NCBI GenBank assembly: GCA_964016885.1
Contig: OZ024745.1
Coordinates: 107,570,001-107,634,000 of the forward strand
Length of the DNA: 64,000 nucleotides
From: Eledone cirrhosa
Taxonomy: Eukaryota
Direction: 5' to 3'
In this document: piece by piece, positions 14,692 through 27,719 of the stretch
How positions within the stretch are numbered: position 1 is the first letter of the stretch
Layout: every line of letters starts with the position of its first letter
Position numbers and translations under genes: made by a program
The notes under the pieces: generated by a model
What the model saw: only the letters and a program-made list of their open reading frames with translations
Told to the model about the DNA's origin: nothing
The model's database searches: none

Positions 14692-14787
14692 TATAGTTTC
14701 CATTTGTTAATATATTGTATATATATATATATATATATGTGTGTATGTGTGTGTGTGTGTGTGTGTATTTATATATATATATAAATA

Positions 14788-14925
14788 CATTATCGGAGAA
14801 AGCTAATAGCTATACTCCGGCCAAATCCCAACTCACTCAACAAACATTAAGAAATAAGAGAGTATATTCCTAATTATACGTGTGGGTGCTAACTAATTGC
14901 ATTGTGTGGAAAATTGGCTGTATTA
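14788..14925 (+). repeat. Unclassified dispersed module inside (TA)n, second copy at 52968-53099
   Basis: Shared ACATT..GAGAAAGCT..ATACTCCG..CTCACTCAACAAACATTA..AATTATACGT..GGGTGCTAACTA. Confidence 0.7.
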
Positions 14926-15119
14926 TTTCATATGAGATATATCAAATATATATATATATATATTCAAACATATATATAAATGGCAAGTATGTATGTTTTG
15001 AAACAGTGAGCAGGTTTGAAATTAGAAAATAGAATAGCTTTCTCCGTATTTTTGACTAAAGGAATTTTAGCCTGATAATGGGGTTTAGAACCCTCAGATA
15101 AATGGAAAAAGATGAGTAT

Positions 15120-15190
15120 TGACGTACATGGGAGTCGAACCCGCATCTTTGGTTATCGCGACCACTGTGCTACCATTACGCCAACACATC
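15120..15190 (-). pseudogene. tRNA-like sequence (pseudogene or SINE head), nominal anticodon CGA
   Basis: 71-nt cloverleaf: acceptor GATGTGT/GTACGTC, A box TGGCGTAATGG, T loop GGTTCGACTCC; mismatches in D, anticodon and T stems; G33 and T37 non-canonical; T5 run just downstream. Confidence 0.6.
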
Positions 15191-15459
15191 ACATATATAT
15201 ATATATATATCCATCGAGATTCGCACAATGTCTGTATAATTACTTTTATTCACAGCCTGTGATCGATCCTAGACGGTAGAGTGTCTAAGGTAACGATACC
15301 AGTTGTGGAATTGAACAAAGAAACCACGTGATTGCGTAGCAAACATTCTAAAATTACGTCATTTTAAATTTGATGTCAAAAATAAGATTCAAAGATTTTG
15401 CTTAATAGGATAGCGTCGTATTCATGAAAACGATATTCGAAGTCATTCGCTCAACATTT

Positions 15460-15812
15460 TATAAACTTGGGGTAACATCCCGTGATAGAGTGCGTAGCTC
15501 GGAGATCAGAGAGTCGCCCCAGTTAGATCCGCCAACTCTCCAAACTAATTGATCACAGTTCCGATATTCTGTACAAGAGGTTAGAACGTCCCAGAAAAGA
15601 AACACTGGAGGGATGTTAAGGGCAAAAGCAACAACCGTTAGGAGACCCAAGAGTAGACCAAGAACAAGATGTTTGTATAATATCCATGAGATCTGCTTGT
15701 CTCGCTTGGAGATCCACCCAGATTGAATGGAGCTGATTGCTTCTGACATGACCCATTGGAAGGCGTACTTGAGGACTCTGCTCCCTCTACCCTCCCAGGA
15801 AGAAGAAGAAGA
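15460..15812 (+). mobile_element. RTE-clade LINE 3' fragment with (GAA)n tail
   Basis: Translates GVTSRDRVRSSEIRES..RRPKSRPRTRCLYNIHE..SRLEIHPD..HWKAYLRTLLPLPSQE, the RTE ORF2 C-terminal pattern, with stops. Confidence 0.75.
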
Positions 15813-16016
15813 GCTTGGCTAGTCACGTTTGGGAATCCAGCTGGATCAATTAGAGACGGTTGCTTCTATCAGGACGCGCTGGAAAGAGTGTTTAAGGGCT
15901 CCAACCCCATGATCCTCGCAGGAATAAGTGGGCGAAGAAGAAGAAGAAAAAAAAGAAAAAGAAAAAGAAGAAAAAGAAAAAGAAAAAGAAAAAGAAGAAG
16001 AAGAAGAAGAAGAAGA
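15813..16016 (+). mobile_element. Second related RTE 3' fragment with expanded (GAA)n/(GAAAAA)n tail
   Basis: SRLGIQLDQLETVASIRTRWKECLRAPTP*SSQE, homologous to the end of the preceding fragment. Confidence 0.7.
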
Positions 16017-16564
16017 CAACGAATAAAAACATACACATATATAAAAATAACAAATGTCGAATTCTCCATGCGGTTATTCTATCTGCTAGAAATAGCAGCC
16101 AAATATCCGACAGACTACCATGATACAAAAACCGACGTACATCGAGGAATCTAATCAGGATGACAATAATGTTAAAAATATGACAAGAAATGGTTGATGG
16201 TATGACGACCTTATAGCTTTATAGCTTTTAACCACGCATTTCTACAGTTTTTACTTGTGTATTACAAAATTAGAGTACAAATCACTGTACCACCACTCGT
16301 AACTATGCCACTAAATACATGCATATATATGAAACACCGCTCTGACAAAGGTGTAAAGTCTGTCTCCCCCCCCCCCCCCTCCCTCCTTTCATTTTTCTCT
16401 CCTTTATGGTATTTATAACTCTTTCCAATTATACTTACTTTTTCTGTATGTTTAACTAAATTAAATATAATTTCTACTCTGACGAAATGAATGGGGTGAA
16501 TTAAAATAAAATGTAGAGGGTAAATAAATGAGTAGGTGGGTAGAAGAGTGGATAAAATATATAT

Positions 16565-16631
<67 letters not shown>

Positions 16632-16637
<6 letters not shown>

Positions 16638-17060
16638 TAACAGATTAAAGTTTAAGCAAAGAATCGCTGCTTTCACCCTTAACGGGATCTTCTGAAACTA
16701 ACAAAGTCGATCTGTAAACGCAGAACTGGATATTTCAAAAAACGTTGCAACCGAAGGAAGACAGGAAGACGATACTTTGGTTCGTGGTAACGTTCGGTGG
16801 CAAAGAACGGGAAAAAGCGAATAATACGTCATTAATAGGAGCGGTGAAAAACAATTACGCGCAAAGACAAAACCACGTTTATGGTATAAAAGAGGTCGTA
16901 GACTAATGTTCTCTTAGGTGGTGCATAGAGACATTCTCTGGCGATGAACGAAAAAACGAAGATAATAAGTCATATGTGGAGCGTGGAGAACAAAAGCACG
17001 CAAAGACAAAACCACGTAAATGGTATAGCAAAAGTCGTAGACTAAAATTCTAACTAGGAG
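16632..17060. repeat. Unclassified dispersed element (copies at 47297-47850 and, inverted, 62292-62362) with an internal diverged ~140-bp duplication
   Basis: TTAAAATAACAGATTAAAGTTTAAGCAAAGAATC..CCCTTAACGGGATCTTCTGAAA shared by three loci; GCAAAGACAAAACCACGT..GTCGTAGACTAA occurs twice. Confidence 0.75.
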
Positions 17061-17082
17061 ACCAAATGAATCTCCGCTATAT

Positions 17083-17165
17083 ATAGGAAAAGAGTCAGGA
17101 CCCCGACGGCTGAGCTCCGGCCGTTTCGGCAGCTAGATCCATCGGGGTCCTGACTCTTTTCCTAT
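17083..17165 (-). repeat. 24-bp perfect inverted repeat enclosing the 3' half of a hammerhead motif
   Basis: Arms 17083-17106 and 17142-17165; minus strand reads GAAAC-GGC-loop-GCC-GTC (stem III plus GUC); CUGANGA missing. Confidence 0.6.
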
Positions 17166-17241
17166 TACCCACTCTACTACCCTAAAGATTGAGTACACTG
17201 GTGCGTTATGGTCCACCTGATATCTTACCACACCCTCTTTG

Positions 17242-17273
<32 letters not shown>

Positions 17274-18895
17274 GCCATATATATGTATTACCACGCATCT
17301 ACAGTTCTTGTGTATTACAGAACTAGAGCTATATATATATATAGAGAGAGAGAGATACATAATATACGCATACATACACGCACACACACATGTGTATATA
17401 TATATATGGGTGTGTGTGTGTGTGTATGTGTGTAATTGTATATATAAAATCTTCCCTTCAAGTTTTCAATTAAGTATTTTGTTCTTCTCTTCCATCAGTT
17501 TCCCTCTTTCTTTTTGACTTCATCGATTTTTTTTTTTTTTTTTTGCTATTCTTCATAGCTTACATAGATTTTGAAGAACTGTCTGATTGAAATGACAAGA
17601 AAGAAAAAAAAAAAGAAAAGAACATTGATTCATTGCTGCCTTACTTACTGTTACAAGAGATTAACAGTCTTGTTGATTCTTAGCCACAGTCAATAAAACA
17701 CAAGTGTAACTAGATCTTGTGAAATATATTTTAGTTGTAAGCTACCAGATCTTAAAAGATCCTGTCGCTGACTTCACTGTTCCGTCCACTGTAGTAAGGA
17801 ATTTTATTTATGTGACAGTTATAGGTAAGGTAGAAGCATATACATTTAATCACATTTCCTGATTTAGTTGCTATCTATTGTTCAAATAATTGCGTTAAAT
17901 TCGATAAACCATATGAAAACTTACAAAGATCATTCTATGCGCCACAACACTCTTTTTTTCTGCCTAATTAAGGAGTATGTTCCTTAAATCTCACTTCCAC
18001 CTACTAACTGAGAGAAATCTTTGAAATATACGCCTAAAGAAATTCCATCATTATTCAAAGTTTTTAAGCATTTTGATCAACTATGCAACAAGCTAGAAAT
18101 GAAAATTGCTGTAAAAATATCTGAGGGAGAGAAAGAGAAGTTTTTGAGTAACTGACACATGTGTGGAAGATTAAAGAAATATACTAGCTTTTTTTGTTTT
18201 CCTATGCATAAGGGGAGGGGGTATGTTAACACTAACCACAACACTGTTGTCAATGTATAAGAAGAAGGGTTTTAGATATATAACCGAACTATTACATGAG
18301 AGTCAAACGACTGTGGTTGGGTGAGAGAATCCTTGTTGCAACGGCACCGTCTGATGTATTTTCATTGGAAGAAATGAGAGATGTGTGATGAACACAGGTG
18401 GTGAAAAAACTAGAAACGTGTTGGACATGCATACTGAAAAGAAGAATAATATCTTTTGTATCGCAATCTTTTGTGTAGTAGATCTAACATTATGGACAAT
18501 GTACGTGGGATCAAATTAGGAGTAAATCAAGTCAAAGTGAAAATATGAACGTATTGATTTTACCAACCGTACTTGATGGAATTTGGCCGGTCAAGAAATG
18601 TTTACTTTTCTCTAACAATGGATTACACCTTACCATAACTCAATAGCCTGTAATAGAACTCTTTATATAAAAGAGACATTAAAAATGTGATTAGATTTGA
18701 GTGTTATTTGTGGGAGTATATGCAATGATGATGATTTTGCTGTGTTGGTTTTTGTTTTCCTTTTAGTTGTTATTGTTATTGATGTTGTTCAATCCTAAAT
18801 CTAGCAGACTTGTGAGAGAAACGGCTTCTTTTCAATTAATAACAAGCCCAAACTTTTGTTTCCTTATCAAAAACATTCCTTTCATTATTTCAGAT

Positions 18896-19507
18896 TGCTT
18901 TCCAGCATAGTTACGTCCCTTTACGATCTGAGTTCAAATCCCGCCGAGGTTGACTTTGCCTTTCATGCTTACGGGGTCGATAAAATAAAGTACCAGTAAT
19001 GCACTGAGTAATTGCTGGCCTTGTGCCTAAAGTAGAAAATTATTTCAGATGGATTGACAGTATCAGTAGAAGGACGGACGCCATGCTTTGCAGCATAGAG
19101 TTACGGCCCTTTATGATCTGAGTTCAAATCCCGCCGAGGTTAACTTTGCCTTTCTTCCTTACGGGGTCGATAAAATAAAGTACCAGTAATTCATTGAGAT
19201 AATTTCTGGCCTTGTGTCAAAAGAAGAAACAATTATTTCAGATGGATTGGCAGTACCGGTAATGTGTCGGACAACATACTCTGTGGCATAGAGTTACGGC
19301 TATTTACGTTCTGTGTTCGATAAAATAAAGTACCAGTAACACACTGGGGTCGATATATGTTGGCCACGTGCCTAAATCAGAAACCATTATTTCATGAGTT
19401 CAAATCCCGCCGAGGTTGACTTTGCCTTTCATCCTTACGGGATCGATAAAATAAAAGTACCAGTAACGCACTGGGTACTTGCTGGCCTTGTGCCTAAAGT
19501 AGAAACA
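18896..19507 (+). mobile_element. Stack of four SINE family A copies
   Basis: Copies separated and flanked by ATTATTTCA(GAT) at 18884, 19039, 19232, 19386 and 19508. Confidence 0.9.
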
Positions 19508-19843
19508 ATTATTTCAGATAGTAACATATAATCCGAGGAGCTATGAGTGCTATATCTATCCGGTCAAGTAACCATATAAAGTCTTCTTCGTAGCTGGTGA
19601 TTTCTGTAAACACTATCTTTCATCTGTATTCTAGCAGCACAGATGTGACTGGATCTCTTACGCATTTTATTTCTCCACGCTTTACATGTAAGAGAGATGC
19701 ACTATAATTTTTCTAGTTGAAACTTTTCCTGACTCACTTAGCTTTGGCAGACTGGTAGGATCTGATGAAATTGATTTGTTGCTAAGAGTAGCCGATATTG
19801 AATGAGTGGGGCACCGACCACATTTAATTTACATTATGTAACA

Positions 19844-20029
19844 AGGGTGGTGGATTGGCAGTATCGGTAGAGGGTCCGACGCCATGCTTTCCAGAATAGT
19901 TACGTCCCTTTATGGTCTGAGTTCAAATCCCGTCGAGGTTAACTTTGCCCTTCATCCTTGTGGGGTCGATAAAATAAAGTACCAGTAATGTACTGGATAA
20001 TTGCTGGCCTTGTACCAAACGTAGAAACA
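19844..20029 (+). mobile_element. SINE family A copy with TSD
   Basis: TSD ATTATGTAACA at 19833-43 and 20030-40. Confidence 0.9.
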
Positions 20030-20044
20030 ATTATGTAACAGAAG

Positions 20045-20330
20045 GCTCGTGGTGCGGGCGTGTCATTCAGTAGTAAGCTATATGGGTGTGACTATGATCA
20101 AGATAGGATGTCGAAGACTTGTTGATTCCTGTATCAGGAAGATATTAACGAAGTGCCATGGTATTTGTCAAAGAGACGGCTGCAGACAGTTTAACCTATT
20201 TAGTATGTTCATTATTAGCATTCGTGCTGAAGGAGGAGAGCCAAAAAGTGATATGTGCATTGATATTACTAAAGAAGGTGACTTCAGAGGTGGCTGGTAT
20301 GTGGCAGATATCTCTTCAGAAGAAAATATA
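20045..20330 (-). pseudogene. Possible decayed LINE APE-endonuclease fragment
   Basis: Minus translation TFFSNINAHITFWLSSFSTN resembles the GDFNAHH..WL motif; heavily degraded. Confidence 0.3.
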
Positions 20331-20354
20331 TACCGAAAAAGGTTGATATAACGC

Positions 20355-20468
20355 TTTGGGAGAGGTAAAAGTCGATTAAATCGACCCCAGTGCGTGCCTG
20401 GTACTTTATTTTATCGACCCCGTAAAGATGAAAGGCAAAGCTACTGACCTCGGCGGGGTCTGAACTTG
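20355..20468 (-). mobile_element. Partial SINE family A (long variant)
   Basis: CTGGTACTTTATTTTATCGACCCCG..GATGAAAGGCAAAG. Confidence 0.75.
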
Positions 20469-20538
20469 TAAGGAGAGTCTTTGTTGATTAAAATTATTTC
20501 CTTCTACAATATTTGTATTACGCGGGGTTATCCCCCCT

Positions 20539-20574
<36 letters not shown>

Positions 20575-21001
20575 CGTAACTATGTTTGATGGCACCCAAT
20601 GTTCTGTTTTCCACTATTATATACAACTTCGCACATACATTTCCAATTAGTTCCAGCCTCCAGGTGGAGATCTACTAGTTTAGTTCTGATACATTCCTTT
20701 TCCAAGTAAACCATAAAGTAAGGGTGCGTTCTATACAAAATCATAAGATGATGTCAACCTCAGTAGATACTTATATACTTCTGTTGTTACTGACACTCAA
20801 CAAAATATAACACAACAGCAAATTACCTATCTGCAAATCAGCGTAACAGCTTCTACGCTCTTCTGTAATCTACTAGAAATAGCAGATATATTTCTCTCAA
20901 ATTTTATTACAAACTATATCGGCTTCTTTGAAGAAAAAAAAAGTTTCACACAGGATAATGTAGCCGTATGAATAGATAACCCAAGCTGAGTTGTAGTTAA
21001 T

Positions 21002-21034
<33 letters not shown>

Positions 21035-22057
21035 AATAATAGCCTTGTTCACAAGTAAAACAAGGTTGTAGAATTAAGCTCAGTATCTGTCGAGGGCACG
21101 AAATTGCACCGAGCCAGAGACAAGATCAATAACTCGGGAATTATCTTATAAATAGCCGTCATATCATCTATCTATTCACTCACTGTTCCATTTAGATACT
21201 CGTTGCATTTAGTTCACCAAACTTAGAATCACAATCACACATGCTCATATTTCACGCATACACTTACACACATACACATACATATACACACTAAATAAAT
21301 TCATTCAAACTTTAGATTTTTAGTTCGAATAAACGATTTGTGAGAATATTAGGAAAGGTAAAAGAAAAAACATAAACGAAAACCTTACAAGAAAAATAAA
21401 TAAGAGAAACGTTAAATATAACTAAAACAATCTATAATCAATAAATTGTAAATTTTTAAAAAAGCAAATAGCATAGTATAAACAGAAGAGAAAGAAACAA
21501 CAAAAAATAAAAACTATATAAGACTTAAGAAGATATTGCACGCAGCAACGTAGCAAACTATATTAACAAACAATATTCGTGTCTGTTTAAAAGCGACAAA
21601 ATGTCTACTAGTTATCTATGATACTAGCAGAAATGCAGTGACATACTCCATCTCTTCTCTCTCTTTATTTAGCAATCTAGTACCGACAAGGGCCTAAACT
21701 CTACTAGTCGACGCCTTATTCAGTCGTAGAGATGCTTTAACAGCAGTTCAATTGTCTCCACACATGAAACGACTAGCTTCAATTAGAACCATTATTGTCT
21801 TAACAGTGCACTACAGCCGGAAATTAAGATAACTTTTGCACATGTTGATAGAATCTCGAAATGCAGTTGTTTCTTGATCTTGTTTTTTTGTTGTTGCTGT
21901 AGTTGTTGTGGTTGTTGTTATTGTTAGTCTTCTGTAGTTCTTTAATGATTTTTTTTGTTTTGTTTTGTGGTTGCTGTTATTATAATTTGTTTATATTTGC
22001 TTTATTTGTTTCGGTTTTTGTATTTTTTGTATTTTTTGTATTTTCTTCTTTTCTTCC

Positions 22058-22089
<32 letters not shown>

Positions 22090-22375
22090 GCATTAGTATT
22101 AATATTATTATTAGTAGCAGTATTATTAGTAGTATTATTTGTCTATTCTGCAAGATACAGAAGCACTTGCATATAAGAAGTGGAGGAGAAATATGGAGGA
22201 AAAGGAGAGAGAAAAAAAGAGAAGGAAATGGAATGAGGATGATAGAGAAATAGAAGAGAGTATGATATAAGATAGAGGAACAAAAATATATTGAGAGAGA
22301 TAGAGTACTGGATTGACATTGGTGGATTGAGACAGAGTGGTGGGAAGATGATAAATAGATCGGCAGATAGATCGA

Positions 22376-22734
<359 letters not shown>

Positions 22735-24037
22735 TGAGATAAACATATGCGAAAACCACAGTCTATAGAAATATGAAGGGCTACTTAATAAATGTCACTA
22801 AGGCCCCATTACCAGAAAGACATGGATTCCTTCTGAAGAAAAATATAGAGTTCAGAAAAGACGTTCAACCAAGATACAGTTTTGTTGAAGAGATTAGAAC
22901 GAACGACTTGCCTCTGAATTACACCCAAAACATACAGCATCAATAATACCCTTACGACTAATATAGGAAAACTTCAGGAAGAAGATGCACCAAGAAGATA
23001 CTCGATGGGCAACTAGTGGTACAAAACACTGACTTCCAATCAGCAATCTCTGAAGGGAGATTCATATATACCAAATTTGTTGGCATTAGCAGAGACAAGA
23101 TTGGTTGCCCAAAACAAAGAAACCCACTTGTCGAAAAATGACTGACCTACTGTATGCCAGAATCTTATGTATAATGACATAAGTGGGTGAGCAGGGTGCA
23201 GTTGATTGAATCAACATAACTGGTAATAAATTTATCGATCTAATAACTATGATGGGTAAATCGGAAAGAAATGTAACTAAACTTTGATAAGACATTTTTA
23301 CCAGTGTTATCACCACCAAATATATCAAATACAATTGTAAAATTCGAAGAACCTACTTCTAAAACTATTCAAAGCACACGGAAATCTCTGTTAGAAATAT
23401 TCATACCTTCTGTTGCTGTAACATCATTAATTAAATATTTATTATGTTCATATACATAAAGAACAGTTTCAAGAACAATTTTTCGCTGCTGGTTCAACTT
23501 TTAGTCATCGAAGTTATTGTCTTATCCGACTTATCACCATACCTGAAGCTTTGCTGCTTTTAGTGGAATTTACTCTGCTGCATTTTGCTGAAAGGGTTCC
23601 TTCAACAGAGTATAAGTCATCGGTACATTTTTCCTCTTACCACTTAAATGCTTGAAACTTTGCAAAATCCTCGTGTACGCGACACTTCCTCTTTTGACTA
23701 AGCTATAAATGAAATGAATTGAATGGAATTTTGATGGAAGTATTGTTTTTATCATTAATGGGATATAATAAAAATGTGTATGTCAATTATACTCAAAGTG
23801 TCGGACAGAATTTAAAACAAAAACGCCTTGTGGTATTTAATTACCTCCCTTTACTTTGCTAGTTTCAATTCCAACGGGGGTCAACATATACATTCCATTT
23901 TGGCAGAGATAGCCGGAGAATCGATGAAATAAAGTACAAGTCAAGTCAACAACGGGCGGCCATTAAATCGACTACATCACTCATAAGAATATTTCACGCC
24001 CACTGACGAAGTTAAAAATCATTAAAAGCTCGTAATA

Positions 24038-24068
<31 letters not shown>

Positions 24069-24101
24069 TGATGATGGTGATAATGACGATGATGATGAGG
24101 G

Positions 24102-24132
<31 letters not shown>

Positions 24133-24600
24133 GATGGTGATGAAGATGATGATGAAGGTGATGATGATGATGACGATGACGATGACGATGATGATGATGA
24201 TGATGGTGATGATGGTGATGATGATGATGATGATGATGGTGATGGTGATGATAATGGCGATGATGTTGACAATGATGATGACGACGACGACGACGATGAT
24301 GATGATGATGGCGATGATCAACATAACGACAGTGATGAGAATGATGCTGGTAGAATGATGTAGTGGAGGTGTTGGTAAAGAAAACGATGATGTTGGTGAT
24401 GATGTTGGTGATGATGGGAGAGCTGGTGAGTATTGTGGATGGTTGGCCATGATGGAAAATATATTTATGGCGGGAATTATGGAGTTGATGATGATGATAG
24501 TGATAGGGATAATTGAGATGTTAGTGATGGTTGTGCTGATGATGATGATGACGATGATGAGGTTGCGAACGAGAGTAAGGATGACGTTAATTTTGAATGA
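24038..24600. repeat. Degenerate (GAT)n microsatellite
   Basis: Seen directly. Confidence 0.95.
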
Positions 24601-24910
24601 AATACCAATAATTATAGTTTTCAATTTTCAAACATTCATTATTTAATGACGTTTGGCAACGTTGAATATATTTTGCTTGTTCATTAATATTTTCATATTT
24701 GAAGGGTGGTGACTCATAGGATCGTGAGAACGCCGGACAAAATATCTTGATGTATTTAGTTAAACCCCTTAAATATTTTCACTTCTAATCCTACATTTTC
24801 ATAATCGATAGGTCGATGAAAAACGTACTAGATTAGTAAGAATCGATGTGGATTTAAGTGATTTTACAGTTGGCTTGTGCCTATGTTAGAAATCTTTATT
24901 CTTAAAATTA

Positions 24911-25385
24911 AATCATCAGCATCATCATCATCATCATCATTATCATCATTTTACGTCCGCTTTTCCCTGCTTGCAAAGGTGGGACGGGTCCTGTTCAGCA
25001 CAGCTTCTCTCCATTCGTCACGATCCATCGTCATCTCCTCCGTGAGCTTCAGCGATCTGAGGTCAGCTCTCACCACCTCCTCCCATGAGCTTTGTGGTCT
25101 TCCTCTACTGCGTCTTCCTTCTACTGGGATTTCCTGGCACTTCTTTACCCAGCGGTCATCCTCCATGCGCATCACATGTCCATACCAACGCAGTCTTCTC
25201 TCCCGTACACTACAGCTTATCACTCTTATACACAGTTTCTCTTTCAACTCGTCTATGCTTGGTCGTTCATGCACATTGACATTGTCCATCCAATGTAACA
25301 TGATTGCTTCATTTCTCTCCAGCCGTCGCAAAACTTCCGCAGTTGCTGCCCATGTCTCGTTACTATGCAGCATCGCGCATCTCAC
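24911..25385 (-). mobile_element. RTE-clade LINE ORF2 3' end with (ATG)n tail
   Basis: Open frame ..ETWA..RERRLRWYGHVMRMEDDRWVKKC..VEGRRSRGRP..W..DRDEWR; (ATG)n tail at 24911-24948; 5'-truncated. Confidence 0.9.
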
Positions 25386-25676
25386 ACAGGCATCATATAA
25401 CCATCATATAATCATCTATTTATTTTTTGTAATCATTTTCTGTGATCTTAAAACTTATTCTAGCCGGAGGCATTCGGACTTACCTTGCGTCCTCGAACCA
25501 CTCTCCACGTGTGTACATCCAACTCAGTCTACCTCCACACAACACGTCTGCACCCCACGAGAACTGTTAGCACGAGGGCGCAAGAGAGTAGCCCATCAAC
25601 CCTCGTGTGACGTCACTCGTCGTCATGCTTCAGGTCAGGCATCCCCCAACTTTCGACAATCTTCCCTCACGGCAGG

Positions 25677-25872
25677 TGTGTGTGTGTATTTGAAAAAAAA
25701 AAAGAAAAGAATGACTTCACTTGTAGTGTTAAAATATTTTGATTTCATTTTATAATATTATATTATGAGTTGGTAGATCTAGTTTCTACCAACTCATAAT
25801 TTTATAATATAAAATTAAATCAAAATATTTTAACACTACAGGTGAAGTCATTCTTTTCTTTTTTTTTCAAAT

Positions 25873-25886
<14 letters not shown>
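25677..25886. repeat. Near-perfect ~200-bp palindrome
   Basis: Arms of about 100 bp (..GAATGACTTCACTTGTAGTGTTAAAATATTTTGATTT..ATTATGAGTTGGTAGA / TCTACCAACTCATAAT..) around a 7-nt spacer. Confidence 0.9.
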
Positions 25887-25911
<25 letters not shown>

Positions 25912-26067
25912 GAATATCTATGTGTATATATATAGAGAGACTAACTATATATATATATCACAAATTAAATTAAGGTAAGGTTGTCATGTCTGGGAGACAT
26001 GCGCCATATTCACTGTAGAATATTTTAACACTACAAGTGAAGTCATTCTTTTCTTTCTTTTTCAAAT

Positions 26068-26122
<55 letters not shown>

Positions 26123-26282
26123 ATCTATGTGTATATATATAGAGAGAATAACTATATATATATATATATATATCCAAAATTAAATTAAGGTAAGGTTGTC
26201 ATGTCTGGGAGACATGCGCCATATTCACTGTAGAATATTTTAACACTACAAGTGAAGTCATTCTTTTCTTTCTTTTTCAAAT

Positions 26283-26349
<67 letters not shown>

Positions 26350-26460
26350 ATCTATGTGTATATATATAGAGAGAATAACTATATATATATATATATATAT
26401 CCAAAATTAAATTAAGGTAAGGTTGTCATGTCTGGGAGACATGCGCCATATCCACTGTAG
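25824..26460 (+). repeat. Three tandem units of about 195-230 bp containing variable microsatellites
   Basis: AATATTTTAACACTACA..CATGTCTGGGAGACATGCGCCATAT(T/C)CACTGTAG three times. Confidence 0.9.
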
Positions 26461-27630
26461 AATAAGCTCAAAGAATAGTTCCGAGCATTGTATATCAACT
26501 AGAAATAGATTGACACATATATATATATATATAAACACATGAAACAATCTCAGGGAATAATTTGTAAAGTGTGTAAGCACATATAGCTAGGTAGGTAACT
26601 AATTAAAGTTTAACTAGAACTTCAAATGTAGATACCTTTTAAAATGATTAATCTCCTTTGTATATATTTCTTTAAATAAGAAATATATTTCACCAATTAA
26701 TCAGTAAATCACAGCAGGCAAATCCTGGATGGTCACCAAAGGAGAAGATCCAACCATCTGTGTTTACACAGCAAATGCAAATCTGTGAATGACTCGAACC
26801 ACGTGTTGCATTTTATAAAAAATACAGACCCCGCACCGCGTCATCCCAGTGGCGTGGATAGGATTATCGACAGCTAGAATTAGCAACCGAGTCCATTCAA
26901 CTGAATTAGCTCTACAATCAAGGGGCCGTATATATATCCAAAATTAAAAAAGGTAAGGTTGTCATGTCTGAGAGACATGCGCCATATTCACTGTAGAATA
27001 AGCTCAAAGAATAGTTCCGAGCATTTTATATCAACTAGAAATAGATTGACACACATATATATATAAAATAAACACATGAAACAATCTCAGGGAATAATTT
27101 GTAAAGTGTGTAAGCACACATAGCTAGGTAGGTAACTAATTAAAGTTTAACTAGAAATTCAAATGTAGATACCTCAGACATGACAACCTTACCTTAATTT
27201 AATTTTGGATATATATACGGCCCCTTAATTGTAGAGCTAATTCAGTTGAATGGACTCGCCTGCTATTTCTAGCAGTCGATAATCCTATTCACGCCACTGG
27301 GATGACACGGTGCGATGTCTGTATTGTTTATAAAATGCAACACGTGGTTCGAGTCATTCACAGATTTGCATTTGCTGTGTAAACACAGATGGTTGGATCT
27401 TCTCCTTTGGTGACCATCCAGGATTTGACTGCTGTGATTTACGGATTAATTGGTGAAATATATTTCTTATTTAAAGAAATATATACAATGGAGATTAATC
27501 ATTTTAAAAGGTATCTACATTTGAAGTTCTAGTTAAACTTTAATTAGTTACCTACCTAGCTATGTGTGCTTACACACTTTACAAATTATTCCCTGAGATT
27601 GTTTCATGTGTTTATTTTATATATATATGT
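26401..27630. repeat. ~530-bp unit, partial direct copy, then ~450-bp inverted copy
   Basis: 26938-27174 repeats 26401-26637; 27175-27625 is the reverse complement of about 26520-26970. Confidence 0.9.
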
Positions 27631-27667
27631 TTATATATATATATATATTATGCTTAGAATAACTATG

Positions 27668-27719
<52 letters not shown>

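Noticed and set aside
22770-23140. Possible decayed LINE coding fragment
   Set aside because: Only vague resemblance across many stops; no diagnostic motif readable
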